Shown: positions 1-10,731 of the stretch, in pieces
Position numbering within the stretch: position 1 is the stretch's first letter
How the letters are laid out: each line of letters opens with the position of its first letter
Assembly (NCBI GenBank): GCA_963745835.1
Contig: CAVUZH010000014.1
Coordinates: 352,001-416,000 of the forward strand
Length of the DNA: 64,000 bases
Source of the DNA: an uncultured delta proteobacterium
GTDB taxonomy: Bacteria; Desulfobacterota; Binatia; UBA9968
Direction: 5' to 3'
Position numbers and translations under genes: made by a program
The notes under the pieces: generated by a model
What the model was told of the DNA's origin: nothing
The model's input: only the letters and a program-made list of their open reading frames with translations
Databases searched by the model: none

Positions 1-579
1 CTTACTATAGGTATCGATGAAGGTCTGTTGATAGATCCGTCCCACTCCCTTTAAGGTCCCTACATAGAAAGTATCCTGTGCTCCACAATATCCAGGACAC
101 TCACTCTCAAATTCCCCATGCGCCTCTTTGTCCTCTTTGGCTTTCTCCAAAACCGCAATCTGGGCGTCAGTCAAGACTAACCCCTCCTGGAGGCTCTTGG
201 CCTCCAGAGCTTTGAGCCGCTTCTTGATATTCTCCAGATCATGACGTAGCCAAACGCAATGGACTCCGGCCGGTGAGATCGATATTGCTTTTCTCTTAAG
301 TTCATTAGCAACTCGCACTTGCCCCCACGCCGGCTCTTCGATCGCTAACTCCACTACCGCACTTTCAACCTTTTCTGCTATCCGATTCCTTAGGTTCGGC
401 TTGCTCCGCGAAATCTCTCGCAGCGCTGATTCTCCGCCGGTCTCGTAGAGATCCTTGAACCGATAGAAACTGTCGCGGCTGTACCCCATCACTCGACAGG
501 CTTTCGACACATTGCCCAGCTGCTTGCCCAGCTCCAATAAACCTACCTTCGTCTTAATCACCTTTTCTGCCGTCGTCAT
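1..579 (-). CDS. IS481-family transposase, N-terminal part (absent from the ORF track because truncated)
   Basis: Manual translation [42 protein letters not shown]...[32 protein letters not shown]; HTH plus start of the rve DDE domain. Confidence 0.9.
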   Translation of the reverse strand, partial: MTTAEKVIKTKVGLLELGKQLGNVSKACRVMGYSRDSFYRFKDLYETGGESALREISRSKPNLRNRIAEKVESAVVELAIEEPAWGQVRVANELKRKAISISPAGVHCVWLRHDLENIKKRLKALEAKSLQEGLVLTDAQIAVLEKAKEDKEAHGEFESECPGYCGAQDTFYVGTLKGVGRIYQQTFIDTYSK

Positions 580-665
580 CTTCCTCGCTCCTTTCTCTCT
601 CCTTGAGAGTCTGAGAATCGGCGAGGACTTTACCATGCCTGTCAGACTAAGTCTTAACACTTACA
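1..665 (-). mobile_element. IS481-family insertion sequence, left part (runs off the window start)
   Basis: Transposase ORF 579->1 plus the terminal inverted-repeat end TGTAAGTGTTAAGACTTAGTCTGACA at 665->640 (TGT... end typical of IS481). Confidence 0.85.
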
Positions 666-736
666 GCTTAGCCCAGCGTACGGCACCAGTTCTTGCTGCC
701 CTTCTTGGCGCCGCCGGTTTTTGTTCCTTTAGCCAT
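666..736 (-). pseudogene. Phage small-terminase-like N-terminal remnant interrupted by IS481
   Basis: MAKGTKTGGAKKGSKN; related copies near 934 and 13741. Confidence 0.4.
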
Positions 737-1346
737 TTCCAGATTTTTCTAAATTAGATATTCCCATTTCCCTCTACATCAATAACCTCGACATCGCTGA
801 CCTCCGTTAAATACGCCGCAGGATTAGCCATCTTGCCTCTGCAATGCTGAATAGCCTCATCTTTCGTAGAGCCCACATCCACCGCACGCACACACCCCGC
901 TTCTTGCGCCCGCCGGTTTTTCTCGCTTCGCCATTTTCTAAATATTTTCTAAATAGAACCGGGCGGTTACGTTTTAAGAACAGGCTGAAGAAAGAGATTT
1001 CCGAGTACCGATTAAAAAGTCTTTGGAGGTGAGCATGGAAAGGAAGCCATTAAAACTGACAGCGAGATTCAGGAGTTCATAAAGGAGCACTACGGCAGTG
1101 TCGAGAATTACTTGCCTAGGCGCAACGATAAGCCGCCATTATCCAGTCCGATGCCTCAGTGGTGCGCAAGAGCGCAGCGGAGGTATTCCTGGACCTCTGC
1201 GATGCGAAGGCTAAGAGCCTCGGCATGAATCGCGAGGCATCTTTCAAATAGTATCCCGAGCAGTATCGGCGATAAGGCGAGCTGGTGACCGGCGATTACT
1301 GAACCGGACGGCGTCATCGTCCTATTATTTTGAAGGTTGCTTGAGA

Positions 1347-2291
1347 TTAGTTAGATATCACAACCTCCACCCGTCTGTTCATAAGTTGTCCCTGCTTAGT
1401 TTCATTGGACGCCACCGGATAGGCTTCCCCAAGCCCGCGCGCAGTAACCCGATCCGCTGCAATACCATTTGCAACCAACAATCTACGAACCGCATCGGCA
1501 CGGCGTTGAGACAGCGCTAGATTGTAAGCGTCCGAGCCGACGCTGTCGGTGTGACCCTCGATCGTTACCCCTCTGGAAGAATTCTCTTTGAGAAACGAGA
1601 CCAGAGGCTGGAGATTGCGCACTGCCCCGGGTTTTAGGTCTGCCTGGTCAAATTCGAACAGCACATCCCCCAACGTAAGCACTAGACCACGCTCAGTTTG
1701 TTTTACGTTTGCTTGAAGCGCTTGCATCTGTTGTTCAAGTTCTTTCCTCTCGGCTTCTATCTGAGCCGCGGTCTTGCGAGCTTGATCGGCGTCTTGCGCT
1801 CGAGCTAGTGCCTCTTCTTGCGCTTTTTTCGCCTGCGATTGCGCTGCAGTTGCCTGCTGCCGCGCCAGTTCTGCTTCTTGCGCTCTAACTTCAGCTTCCC
1901 TGCGGGTCCTTGCTATTTCCCGTTCGCGAGCTTCGAGGACAATTTTTTGACGCTCAGCGCTCAATCGCTCAATGTCTCTCTCGACTAGGTTGCGTTCAGC
2001 AACTGCCCGAGCGATCTCGACCTGCTGCTTCGTCACATATGCTAAATGTTCAACTTCATCTCGGTCTTCGTCTTTTTCCCATACCTGTTCAGCGTCGGCC
2101 AATGTCTTCTGTGCATCATGCAATGCAACCGCGGCGTTACCCGTCATGTTGGGACTCTGTTCGGCCTGCCGGTATGATGTCTGGGCTTCTAGGAGCGCGG
2201 CTGGCGGAGTCGCGCTGCAGCCACCGGCGAGTACGGCGGTTAGGGCGAACGCAGTTAGGGAATGGTCTTTAGAAAAACGCCTTAGGTTCAT
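1347..2291 (-). CDS. OmpA/MotB-domain lipoprotein with N-terminal DUF4398 and coiled coil
   Basis: Lipobox LAGGC; C-terminal IEGHTDSVGSDAYNLALSQRRA...NRRVEVVI OmpA motif. Confidence 0.92.
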   Translation of the reverse strand: MNLRRFSKDHSLTAFALTAVLAGGCSATPPAALLEAQTSYRQAEQSPNMTGNAAVALHDAQKTLADAEQVWEKDEDRDEVEHLAYVTKQQVEIARAVAERNLVERDIERLSAERQKIVLEAREREIARTRREAEVRAQEAELARQQATAAQSQAKKAQEEALARAQDADQARKTAAQIEAERKELEQQMQALQANVKQTERGLVLTLGDVLFEFDQADLKPGAVRNLQPLVSFLKENSSRGVTIEGHTDSVGSDAYNLALSQRRADAVRRLLVANGIAADRVTARGLGEAYPVASNETKQGQLMNRRVEVVISN

Positions 2292-2321
2292 TATTATTCT
2301 CCTTTTGTGATTGGGGCACAG

Positions 2322-2702
2322 TTATCTGATCGATCCTCGCTGCGCCTCGGCACGTAAGGACTCAATAGTTTTTTGCAACTCGGCGGCATTGCGGCGGGCC
2401 ATCTCTGAGTTGGCTTTGCTTTCGGCTAAGCGAGCATCCACCAAAGCTGCCTCTGCCAGTCGTCGCGCCTTTAGATACTCTTCATTCCTCATGGCTTTCT
2501 CAGCTTGAGCGAACTTTTCCTGTGCTTTGCGCAGTTCCAACGGCGCATACTGAGAGGCTTTGCTCTGATCTGCCTGGCGTATAGCCAATTGGGCTTGAGA
2601 TATCGTGGCTGTCGGAGGCTGCACCGAGCTACATCCGACCACTCCCATCGTCCCGGACATAGCAATAACAAGAAAAGACTTCTTCAATCTGAAATCTGAC
2701 AT
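2322..2702 (-). CDS. DUF4398-domain lipoprotein
   Basis: Start MSDFRLKK at 2702 after RBS AAAGGGAG; lipobox VVGC; YAPLELRKAQEK...ARRLAEAALVDARLAE; usual partner of the OmpA gene. Confidence 0.85.
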   Translation of the reverse strand: MSDFRLKKSFLVIAMSGTMGVVGCSSVQPPTATISQAQLAIRQADQSKASQYAPLELRKAQEKFAQAEKAMRNEEYLKARRLAEAALVDARLAESKANSEMARRNAAELQKTIESLRAEAQRGSIR

Positions 2703-2799
2703 GATTGCGCTCCCTTTGGATGACTTTCGGATCACCAACAGGCTCGTATTGCTCAATTGAAGTTGTAGACTAGATACAAACCAGCTTGTACTACTAAGG

Positions 2800-2816
2800 T
2801 GCAAACTATCTGCCAA
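2800..2816 (-). promoter_or_regulatory. sigma54 -24/-12 promoter of the DUF4398-OmpA operon
   Basis: TTGGCAGATAGTTTGCA (GG-N10-GC). Confidence 0.65.
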
Positions 2817-3366
2817 TCGGCATGACAAACAACGTCGATGGTGATTTTTGCTGTCCCTAAGAAGAGGAAAACCGGTCTTTCGAGGCCAACAGCTATTCGC
2901 AAGCCACCTTACATTCTTGCGAAAGGGACAGAGTGAGCATCACTGCGTTGCAAAATCGATAAAGCTAAGCCAATCCTCTCCAGATGTTATAGGTCACGAG
3001 GTTCGGGAAAAGAATTCAGTGAATGCCAATATTTTTGCGAATTACAGGCGGCAAGACTCCATGACCTACCTGGTTGCCGCTATTCTCCTTACCGAAAAAA
3101 ATCAATCAAGGGCATTGCGCAACATGTCTTCATGACGTTTCTAGCGAGCAAAGTATTTCAAGCAGCTTTCCATTGATCCGGACTTGGATGCCGTGTTTGG
3201 GATAAGTTTGCTCCACTACCCGGGTAGGGGCTCGATTTTGAAATCAATATCACGCGACCCAATGTAAACCCGCGGTGGATATGGACGCTGAGTGCAATCG
3301 TGGCGATGCGTGGGATGTGACGTCACGTTGCTGAGGGCGAAAGAGTCCTCCGGCTCTTAGCTCCGC

Positions 3367-3445
3367 CTTTGCTGTGGAGGGTGTGAGCCGCCTGGTAAGC
3401 GGCTCGCGGTAACCGCTGGTACCTCTGGCAACCCTCCACGCAAAG
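3367..3445. other. Strong multi-stem inverted repeat (candidate structured RNA or DNA hairpin)
   Basis: CTTTGC-T-GTGGAGGGT pairs with ACCCTCCACGCAAAG; inner hairpin GAGCCGC/GCGGCTC. Confidence 0.45.
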
Positions 3446-3457
3446 TACCATTGGTAA

Positions 3458-3642
3458 TTACTGAGTTGTCGGATTTAGAATGCGCTGATACACCGTACAC
3501 TCTTCGAGCAGCTTCTGTTTGAACTCCGCGTCCGTGATGACGCCGTTCTCTATCAGCAGCTTGGCGAGCGCATCTGTCATTCCGAGGGTCGGGACCATGA
3601 GTTCTTGCAGCGATACGGGTTTGCCTTTTTCGTGTCTGTCAT
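3458..3642 (-). CDS. ~61-aa small protein with SHOCT-like motif, 1-bp frameshift (not in ORF track)
   Basis: GKPVSLQELMVPTLGMTDALAKLLIENGVITDAEFKQKLLEECTVYQRILNPTTQ*; RBS AGGAG; paralog at 20388-20574. Confidence 0.7.
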
Positions 3643-3650
3643 TGGGACTC

Positions 3651-4575
3651 CTATCTGATCACGCTATCGGCCTCGCCAACATATTCTGAGGGATAATTAC
3701 GCCAATCTGCTTCGCCGTTTTGAGATTTAACACCAGCTCAAGTTTTGTCGGCTGCTCTATAGGCAGATCGGCAGGCTTGGCTCCTTTCAGGATTCTGTCC
3801 ACGTAATGTGCGACGCGCCGGTAGCTGTCCACCAGGTCCGCCCCGTAGAATATGAGCCCGCCGGCATCTACAGCTTCTCTGTTGTTGTATATTGATGGTA
3901 ACCGGCTCTTTAAGGCGAAGCCCGCGATCCTTCCATAGTTAGCAGACGTCTGCGTGCCGGAGAGTGCGTAGAGTGCATCCGGGCGCTCCTTGTTAAACCT
4001 AGAAATGCGGGCTCGAAATCGTCTGCGTCTGGTACCTCCCAAGGCTGAACAGTCAATTTCAGCACGCGTGCGGTCACTGGCAGAATCTCTTTCACCTCCC
4101 GTATCTGGGACGTATTGCCGGGATGATAAAGGACCGCGACGCGGCCAAGTTTGGGGACCGCTTCTTTGAGCAGCTCCAGCCGTTTCCCGCCTAGTTCTCT
4201 GGCAAAGTTTGTAAGGCCGGTGACGTTGCCGCCGGGGCGGGCAAGGCTTTCAACCAGCCCTGCCTCAACGGGTTCGGATCCGCCCGTCATAACACGATGG
4301 GAATCGTCTTGGTCGCATTCTTGAGCGTCCGCGCCGGACTGTTTCCTCCTGATACCACGATGATATCAACCTTCAGACGCACCAGCTCCGCCGCAAACTC
4401 AGGAAACCGGTCGCGCTTCCCGTCCGCGTATCGGTATTCGAACGCGATGTTCTGTCCTTCTAGTGGGATTGCCCGGCAATAGATATCCTATCCGCGGGAC
4501 TTTCTTCGCCTGCTGCGCCTCGGCAAAATGGATAGTCGCTAAGATAAAGCCAATCAGCAAAAGTACAGCCTTCAT
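3651..4575 (-). pseudogene. ABC transporter substrate-binding protein (COG2984/ABC_sub_bind type), copy A, internal deletion and frameshifts
   Basis: SLARPGGNVTG and ILKGAKPADLPIEQPTKLELVLNLKTAK motifs in different frames; about 20 codons missing after LLPGNP relative to copy E. Confidence 0.85.
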
Positions 4576-4588
4576 GCCTGATGCCCTG

Positions 4589-5561
4589 TCACTTAATCAC
4601 CCTGTCTGCTCCCGCCAGCACATTCGGCGGAATCGTGAGGCCGATTTGTTTTGCCGTTTTAAGATTAATGACCAGCTCGAACTTGGTCGGCTGCTCAACC
4701 GGTAAATCGGCGGGCTTTGCGCCTTTCAAAATCTTGTCGACATACATAGCTGCCCGCCGAAACAAGTCGGTACTGCTCTCGGTGTACGTCATCAGGCCCC
4801 CGACCTTCACAAATTCTACCCTGTCGTAGATCGCCGGTAGCCGACTCTTTACCGCAAGTTCGACAATCTCGGATCGGTGAGCCGATGCGACCCGCACGCC
4901 ACGAACATAAGGACTGCGTCAGCACGCCCCTCGCCTGCGGCTCGGAATGCAGTCTCAATATCCTTGGGACTTAGTACGTCCAGGTATTGAAGCTTCACCC
5001 CGATCGCCCCGGCCGAGAGGTCCACCTCTTTTAAAGATTGTGCGTTGCCCGGTCGGGTCGAAGTTCCGAAGACAGCAGCACGGGTGAGCTTAGGAAGGAT
5101 TTCTTTCAGCAGGTCCAGTTGCTTTCCGCTTAACTCCGGGACCAGCGTGGACAGCCCGGTGATATTCCCACCAGGTCGCGCCAGGCTATCGACGAAGCCG
5201 GAGGCAACTGGATCGGCATCTTGCGCCATCATCGTTACAGTTGCTTTCTTTGCCGCGCGGGTCGGCGTCGGGCCGCCCGTAATGATAATGTCTACCTTGA
5301 GACGCACAAGTTCAGCGGCGAGCCCAGGCAGCCGTTCCGCTTTCCCCTCTGCAGATCGCCACTCAATGATAATGTCTTTCTCCTCCACATACCCAAGCTC
5401 GCGCAGTCCCGTCTTGACTGCGTCGATGCGGGCCGAATTAGCGGAAAGGAAAGTGCCGGTCAAGTATCCTAGCCGCGGGACTTTTGTTTGCTGCGCGCCT
5501 CGGCAAGCTGAACGTGCGTAAGAAGTAGAGTCGCGACTAGCCAGAGGATCTTTCTGATCAT
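4589..5561 (-). CDS. ABC substrate-binding protein (COG2984), copy B, frameshifted
   Basis: ORFs 4849-5463 and 4589-4897 carry the family motifs; signal peptide MIRKILWLVATLLL from 5561. Confidence 0.85.
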
Positions 5562-5758
5562 GGGCGTTATCTCTTACCGCAACGGATATGCCACAAAAAG
5601 AAGCTGATGGACACCGGATTTTTCTCGAGTCTGCAGACGACAGTGTAGTGCTTCGACTACAGGGAGGTATCAGATTTCATTCTTAGTCTCTCACACGACC
5701 AATCTGCTGCGCATCAAGCTGACTGCGGTTGATCGTAAACGAAGCCGTAGAGGTATGT

Positions 5759-6550
5759 TTATCTCAACGTCTCATCCAGCAGCCACGTCAGCCTCGCTCC
5801 GGCTTGCGCTAAGCGAGTCCCCGAATCACAGCGCGTGCGGGTTCGATGTAAGTTGCATCGTTCTCGCCCGACGCAGGTAGCCGATAAGCTTGCGCCCTTA
5901 CGGTTGCCAGCGATTTTAGCGCCCATTCTGCCGGCATCCCTTGCTGCCATTGCTTAACATCATCACTTGTTACCGCAGCTGGATTCGCGCCGCAACCTCT
6001 GCGGGAGTGCCTTGCTCTAACTCAACCAGAGCCGTGTCCCACAACGAGTGCCAGGTTTTCTTTCCTGTCATTGAAGCGCACGTCAACACTGTTGCCGCCA
6101 CGATCCTCAGTGAACCCACCGTGAAGCGGCTGATGAATGTCGCCGACCAGGTGAGCCACGAACCGCAGGGGGTAGTACGCTTCTCATTGCGTGGTGCGTC
6201 TGCTGACTTCAGCACCTGCACATACCACGCGATAGCCTCAATGACACAGTTGCGCAGTTTGCAGTCACGCTGCTGGTCGTATGAGTTGGTGCCCTTGGAA
6301 AGTTGATGAAGTGTACGGGTCCAGTCGGGAATCTGGCGTCCCCGCTTTGTCCGGCGACGTCGATGCGTCGGCTAACGTCGTGCCTTGCGGGAGAAGCTCT
6401 TTTATTCGCCTACGTGCAGTGTCGGTGAGATGAGTCTCGGCGATGGCGACGACGATTTCATGGCCTTTGCTGCCCCAGGGGTAAGCAGGTGAAATGAGAA
6501 TGCCGAGCAGCCAAAGGGTAGCGGCGACAAAGAGCCATAAAATGTTCAGT
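5759..6550 (-). pseudogene. S1/P1 nuclease, multiply frameshifted
   Basis: Signal peptide then WGSKGHEIVVAIAE; HLVGDIHQPLH and HSLWD motifs in other frames. Confidence 0.85.
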
Positions 6551-6765
6551 CCAAGATCGTCTAAGCGGCGTAGCCGAACGGCAGAACAGCACATTAGTCG
6601 GGTATTTTCTGCATAAGAACGGCGGTGTCAACCTCATTGCGCAACGCGCTATGCCTCACTGTGGCAAATCTGCCTGCAAAACTCTTCTACACAACACTAT
6701 CAGGTGTATCGCGGTAGTTTTGATGAAAGAAGGAGCGACAACAATAGACAGACATTACCAATACC

Positions 6766-6782
6766 TCGGCATAATGCGTGCG
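6766..6782 (+). promoter_or_regulatory. Candidate sigma54 promoter of the PilX-like gene
   Basis: TCGGCATAATGCGTGCG; palindrome TGCCTCACTGTGGCA at 6652-6666. Confidence 0.45.
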
Positions 6783-6795
6783 CTTGCTGTTGCGC

Positions 6796-7950
6796 ATGCG
6801 CTTGCCGAGCCGAATCAAAGTCCCCACGATAGTTTTCAGGGTCGAATCTGACAAAGGCTTTCTCCTGATCGCAGTGTTGGCGCTTCTATCAGTGCTCACA
6901 TTGTTGGGAACCACCGCCGCCTTACTTACAAGGACTGATACCAAGATCAGCGGCAACTTCAAAAACAACCAGACGGTGCTCCAGGTGGCGATGGGTGGAG
7001 CGGAACGAGCGCGTCAGGCACTCAGAATAGAAAACTCTTCAAGCAGTGACAGTGGCTCCTTCAGCGACGAGCTCAACAGTTCCGCCCGCAAAGGGGCCAA
7101 TGGAGTTCTCAACGGTTACAGTATGGCCACTGATGACCAAGCTATCACTAGTGGAACGCTGAACGGAATTTCATACTCGGCTTATCTGACCAACGATCCT
7201 GCTGACGGGATATCGAACACCACGGATGCTAACGGCAAAGTGTTGCTCACCTCGGTGGCAAGTGGTCCGAACAGTTCTAAAGCACGCGTCGAGATTACAG
7301 TACAAGTGAATACCGCAGCTTCTTCCAGTGAAGCGGTCGTTTACTCTAAGGGCGACATCACGGGTAATGGTTCTTCCTTAACCATCACGGGGGCCGACGC
7401 TTGCGGAGCGGGCACGGGACTGGGGCCGATATATACTATGGATCCGGCCACCACGACTCTCAACGGAAGTCCCACGCTTTCCGGTACTCCACCAACACCA
7501 CAACACGGGACATTGAACGTCGATATTCAGGGCCTGATCAACACTTTCAGGCCGAGCGCCACTAGCACGATTACTGCGGACCAAAACGGTGCCAGTTACG
7601 GTAGCTCTACAAATTACGTGACGGTCTATTCCGATACCGAAGATCCTTCAAATACTCAGGGACTAAAGCTTCAAAATGTCACAGGCTACGGGATTCTTCT
7701 GGTGAAGGGAGACTTAGTTTTGGGTGGAGGATTTACTTGGAACGGGATTATCTATGCTACCGGATCAGTCACTCTGAACGGCGGTGGCGGCGCTGGAATT
7801 AATGTTCACGGGCAAGTTTATGCGGGAACATCGACGGTGACCGACGTCACAATCAACGGTAGCAATACCTTGGGATATGATAGTTGTGCAGTTAAGAAAG
7901 CCTTAGCCAGTCAAGCCTTCAAAGTTGTTAGCTGGAAACAGGATTACTGA
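6796..7950 (+). CDS. PilX N-terminal-domain (minor pilin-like) protein
   Basis: KGFLLIAVLALLSVLTLLGTTA pilin-like helix; Gly/Thr-rich beta repeats (GILLVKGDL...WNGIIYATGSV); C-terminal VVSWKQ. Confidence 0.75.
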   Translation: MRLPSRIKVPTIVFRVESDKGFLLIAVLALLSVLTLLGTTAALLTRTDTKISGNFKNNQTVLQVAMGGAERARQALRIENSSSSDSGSFSDELNSSARKGANGVLNGYSMATDDQAITSGTLNGISYSAYLTNDPADGISNTTDANGKVLLTSVASGPNSSKARVEITVQVNTAASSSEAVVYSKGDITGNGSSLTITGADACGAGTGLGPIYTMDPATTTLNGSPTLSGTPPTPQHGTLNVDIQGLINTFRPSATSTITADQNGASYGSSTNYVTVYSDTEDPSNTQGLKLQNVTGYGILLVKGDLVLGGGFTWNGIIYATGSVTLNGGGGAGINVHGQVYAGTSTVTDVTINGSNTLGYDSCAVKKALASQAFKVVSWKQDY

Positions 7951-8022
7951 TTGCCCTTTGGCAGCCGCTCCGGAAGACGTCAAGCAGAGACTCGTCGTTC
8001 GTTTCCTGTTGCGGGTTAATAC

Positions 8023-8346
8023 TTACTTCTGCGTATCGCCGGAACCAATCTCGACTCGTAGCTTTCCCGCCAGCTCAGGGATGTTGGCCTCAATAAACGG
8101 CCGCAGTTTAAGGCTTAGCTGTTCCTCAATCGGCAACCGAGCCTCACCTTCGCGCATATTGCGCTCATGCTGCGCGATTTCGGCATCTAGTTCACTGATA
8201 CGCTTCAGCATTGCTTCACGTTCGAGAGTTCTTTGTGGGTCCAGCATGTGGCGCAGGTTATATCTCTGAGAAGTGTCGGGAGTAAGGACTCTGCGGGGCG
8301 CTGCAATAATTGGATCTTTGTTGCCAGATAGCGCCGCGCTGAACAC
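8023..8346 (-). CDS. Hypothetical protein, coiled-coil fragment
   Basis: ORF only; heptad-like segment. Confidence 0.3.
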   Translation of the reverse strand: MFSAALSGNKDPIIAAPRRVLTPDTSQRYNLRHMLDPQRTLEREAMLKRISELDAEIAQHERNMREGEARLPIEEQLSLKLRPFIEANIPELAGKLRVEIGSGDTQK

Positions 8347-8632
8347 TTCTACGAATCCTGCCGGATGTTTGTCAATTTGTTGGCGTGCCGTGTCAACGAT
8401 TGCTTGCTAAGAGCCGTCGTCGAAGATGCCCCTACGTGTCCTTTTGAAGAAAATTCATAAAATGTGCGCCGGGTCTCATTTTTGCGCTTTCAAATGATCG
8501 TGGAGGCAGCATGTTAAGCGATTTGATCACACGGACGGCGACGGTGCTCGCAGTGGTATCCACAATGGCTATTTGGCTTTTCCTGTAGCTTGATTGCCAT
8601 GGGTAACGGATCAGAACGGATAACGGCGGCCA

Positions 8633-8990
8633 ATGAAAATTTTGGTCGTCGAAGATAACGAGGCTATGCGCGATCTATTGGCTCGTATATTAGAAAGAAT
8701 GGGCTATGTTCCAGTCTTAGCGAGTCACGGTAAAGAAGGCTTAGAGAAAGCTATCGCAGAGAAGCCGAACTTAATTATAATGGACATGATGATGCCGGTA
8801 ATGGACGGCTGGGAGACAGCGAGAGCCCTTCGCGCCAATCCCGACACGAAGAATATTCCGATTTTGGCAACAACCGCGCTGTCTCGACCTCGTGAACTAA
8901 AAAGCTGCTTGGATGCCCGGCTGCAACGGCTACATCGTAAAGCCGTTTAGCGTTCGGAATCTCCAGCGCAAAATTAAAAAACTGTTAGCC
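8633..8990 (+). CDS. Single-domain response regulator (DivK/CheY-like), C-terminal frameshift
   Basis: MKILVVEDN...IIMDMMMPVMDG...LATTA; GCNGYIVKPF continues in another frame. Confidence 0.85.
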
Positions 8991-9228
8991 GGCCAGTGAT
9001 AGTTGTTTGGTTGACCGTTGCTCCTCTATGCGGATTCAGCATGTAGCTATCGCCTGACTGGTGACGAGCAGGCTGTTTGCCCTTGATGACGATCCAAGCC
9101 AGTCGATAACCGCATTTGAGGCAATGCCCGTTGACAGCACGCACTGGCATGTGGCGTCCCCAATCTCGCAATACAATGCCGACATAGCCGTTACAGCGCG
9201 GACACGGTCGAGCTAGGTAGGTTGCCAT
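8974..9228 (-). CDS. Small zinc-ribbon-like protein
   Basis: MATYLARPCPRCNG...HCLKCGY (two CxxC); truncated second copy at about 10741-10772. Confidence 0.55.
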   Translation of the reverse strand: MATYLARPCPRCNGYVGIVLRDWGRHMPVRAVNGHCLKCGYRLAWIVIKGKQPARHQSGDSYMLNPHRGATVNQTTITGRLTVF

Positions 9229-9286
9229 AACTTTGGGCTGCGGTTCGGCTGTTATCAAAACTGTTCTAAGTGCCAGAAAAGCTTTT

Positions 9287-9622
9287 TTACGCCGAGATTT
9301 TCATTTGTTGCGTCTTCGATCTGATTACAAGCTCATCTGGAGTTTTTATTCGGTGCTTCTTGGCCAATCGCGAGCGAATGAAACTTGGGTCCACATTAAT
9401 GACATGACAAGTCCAAATAAAACTGCCTACCTCATCACTATTGGAGGCAAACCATTCTCTCGCATAAGTTTGTGTTGACCTTGGGCTCAATTGTGTACGC
9501 CTACCCAGGTCATCTATCGCCTGTAGTATAACGGCAGTCCAAAGTTCTGCTTCCGGTAATATGCGCTGATCCGTACCCATTCCACAGACTACGCCAAATC
9601 GATTGAGGTAATTCGGTTTCAT
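9287..9622 (-). CDS. Conserved hypothetical protein
   Basis: PEAELWTAVILQAIDDL...AREWF...SFIWTCHVINVDPSFIR pattern; RBS GAGGGAGG before MKPN. Confidence 0.6.
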   Translation of the reverse strand: MKPNYLNRFGVVCGMGTDQRILPEAELWTAVILQAIDDLGRRTQLSPRSTQTYAREWFASNSDEVGSFIWTCHVINVDPSFIRSRLAKKHRIKTPDELVIRSKTQQMKISA

Positions 9623-10221
9623 CGTTTCCTCCCTCGAATCCGAGTTAAGCATTCCTGTTGGGCCTTCTGGAGCCTACCACTTCGTGCGATTAGAAGAAGA
9701 TAGGTGGCGCTTGCAGGAGAAGCGGGCATCGCTGCAGAAGCTGTGGCCTAGGATAAAGCCACTCTTAGGGATGCGATTTGGGAGCGTTTCTCGAGAAGCT
9801 GGACTCGATCAATGAATCTCGGACGAAAAACTCTGACCTTCGGCTTATGCGGATCATTAAAAAACCATCACGAAGAAGTATTCCGCGAGGAAGTAAAGCC
9901 CGAGGCGCCGATCATACATACAGAGACAAGTAAATAGGCCTTCTGCGTACTTGGCCTTGATAGTTTTGATCATGTGAATATCTCGCGATGATGGATAATC
10001 TCTAAAGCTCAATGCGGCAGGCTAATTATTACAATTCTTCTTCTTTACAGCAGCAAAATGCCAGCCCTTAATACAGACGCTGGTCGGCCATGGCAAACGT
10101 CCGAAGCAGACGCAAGTGATGTAGGGTAAGGCAGTCGAAACGGTCTTCACCTGAGGCTGAGATTTCGCAGATTTTCATTCGAATTACTTCATAGTCAAGA
10201 TTTGTCCAGGTTTAAGATAGC

Positions 10222-10238
10222 GCGGCACATCAAGTGCA
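10222..10238 (+). promoter_or_regulatory. Candidate sigma54 promoter
   Basis: GCGGCACATCAAGTGCA, 35 bp before the ATG at 10273. Confidence 0.5.
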
Positions 10239-10272
10239 AGTATCGGCTCTCAGCCTGCAACGAAGAGAGACT

Positions 10273-10536
10273 ATGAAAACACGATATGAGCACCGGCCTG
10301 GCCTCTTCGGGCTCGCGTCAATCGCTGCTGGTTGCGCCGCCAAGACTCGCGAAACAGAAACTCAAGGACTTTTAACTGCGCCGGCCGGAAAAAATCAGAA
10401 GCAATCCGAGTTGCAGTCTGAGCGTGAAACCACCGAAAAATCGAACACGTCGAGTAGCAGCGGCCTCTACGAGAAACGTGCAGATCAGGTATCACGTACC
10501 AAAGCCGTAAATGCCTTAAAACAAGCAATGTCATGA
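10273..10536 (+). CDS. Possible small lipoprotein, probably degenerate
   Basis: MKTR...ASIAAGC lipobox. Confidence 0.4.
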   Translation: MKTRYEHRPGLFGLASIAAGCAAKTRETETQGLLTAPAGKNQKQSELQSERETTEKSNTSSSSGLYEKRADQVSRTKAVNALKQAMS

Positions 10537-10585
10537 GGCGGCAGCACTATTGGAGATAAGTTGCATTTAGAAACGGAGTTTACAC

Positions 10586-10683
10586 ATGTTTAAAGCTAGG
10601 CTCAGCCCCGAAGCAATCACAAAAGTGCGAAATTACACAGGGTTCTCCGCGATAGAGTTACTAGTAGTAGTAGCTATCATGGT
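10586..10683 (+). pseudogene. Truncated prepilin N-terminus
   Basis: TGFSAIELLVVVAIM class III signal, then unrelated sequence; RBS GGAG. Confidence 0.6.
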
Positions 10684-10731
10684 GTGTTGGCCGCGAACGC
10701 CGGTCGGCTATGCTCGATCTCCAAAACGAAG

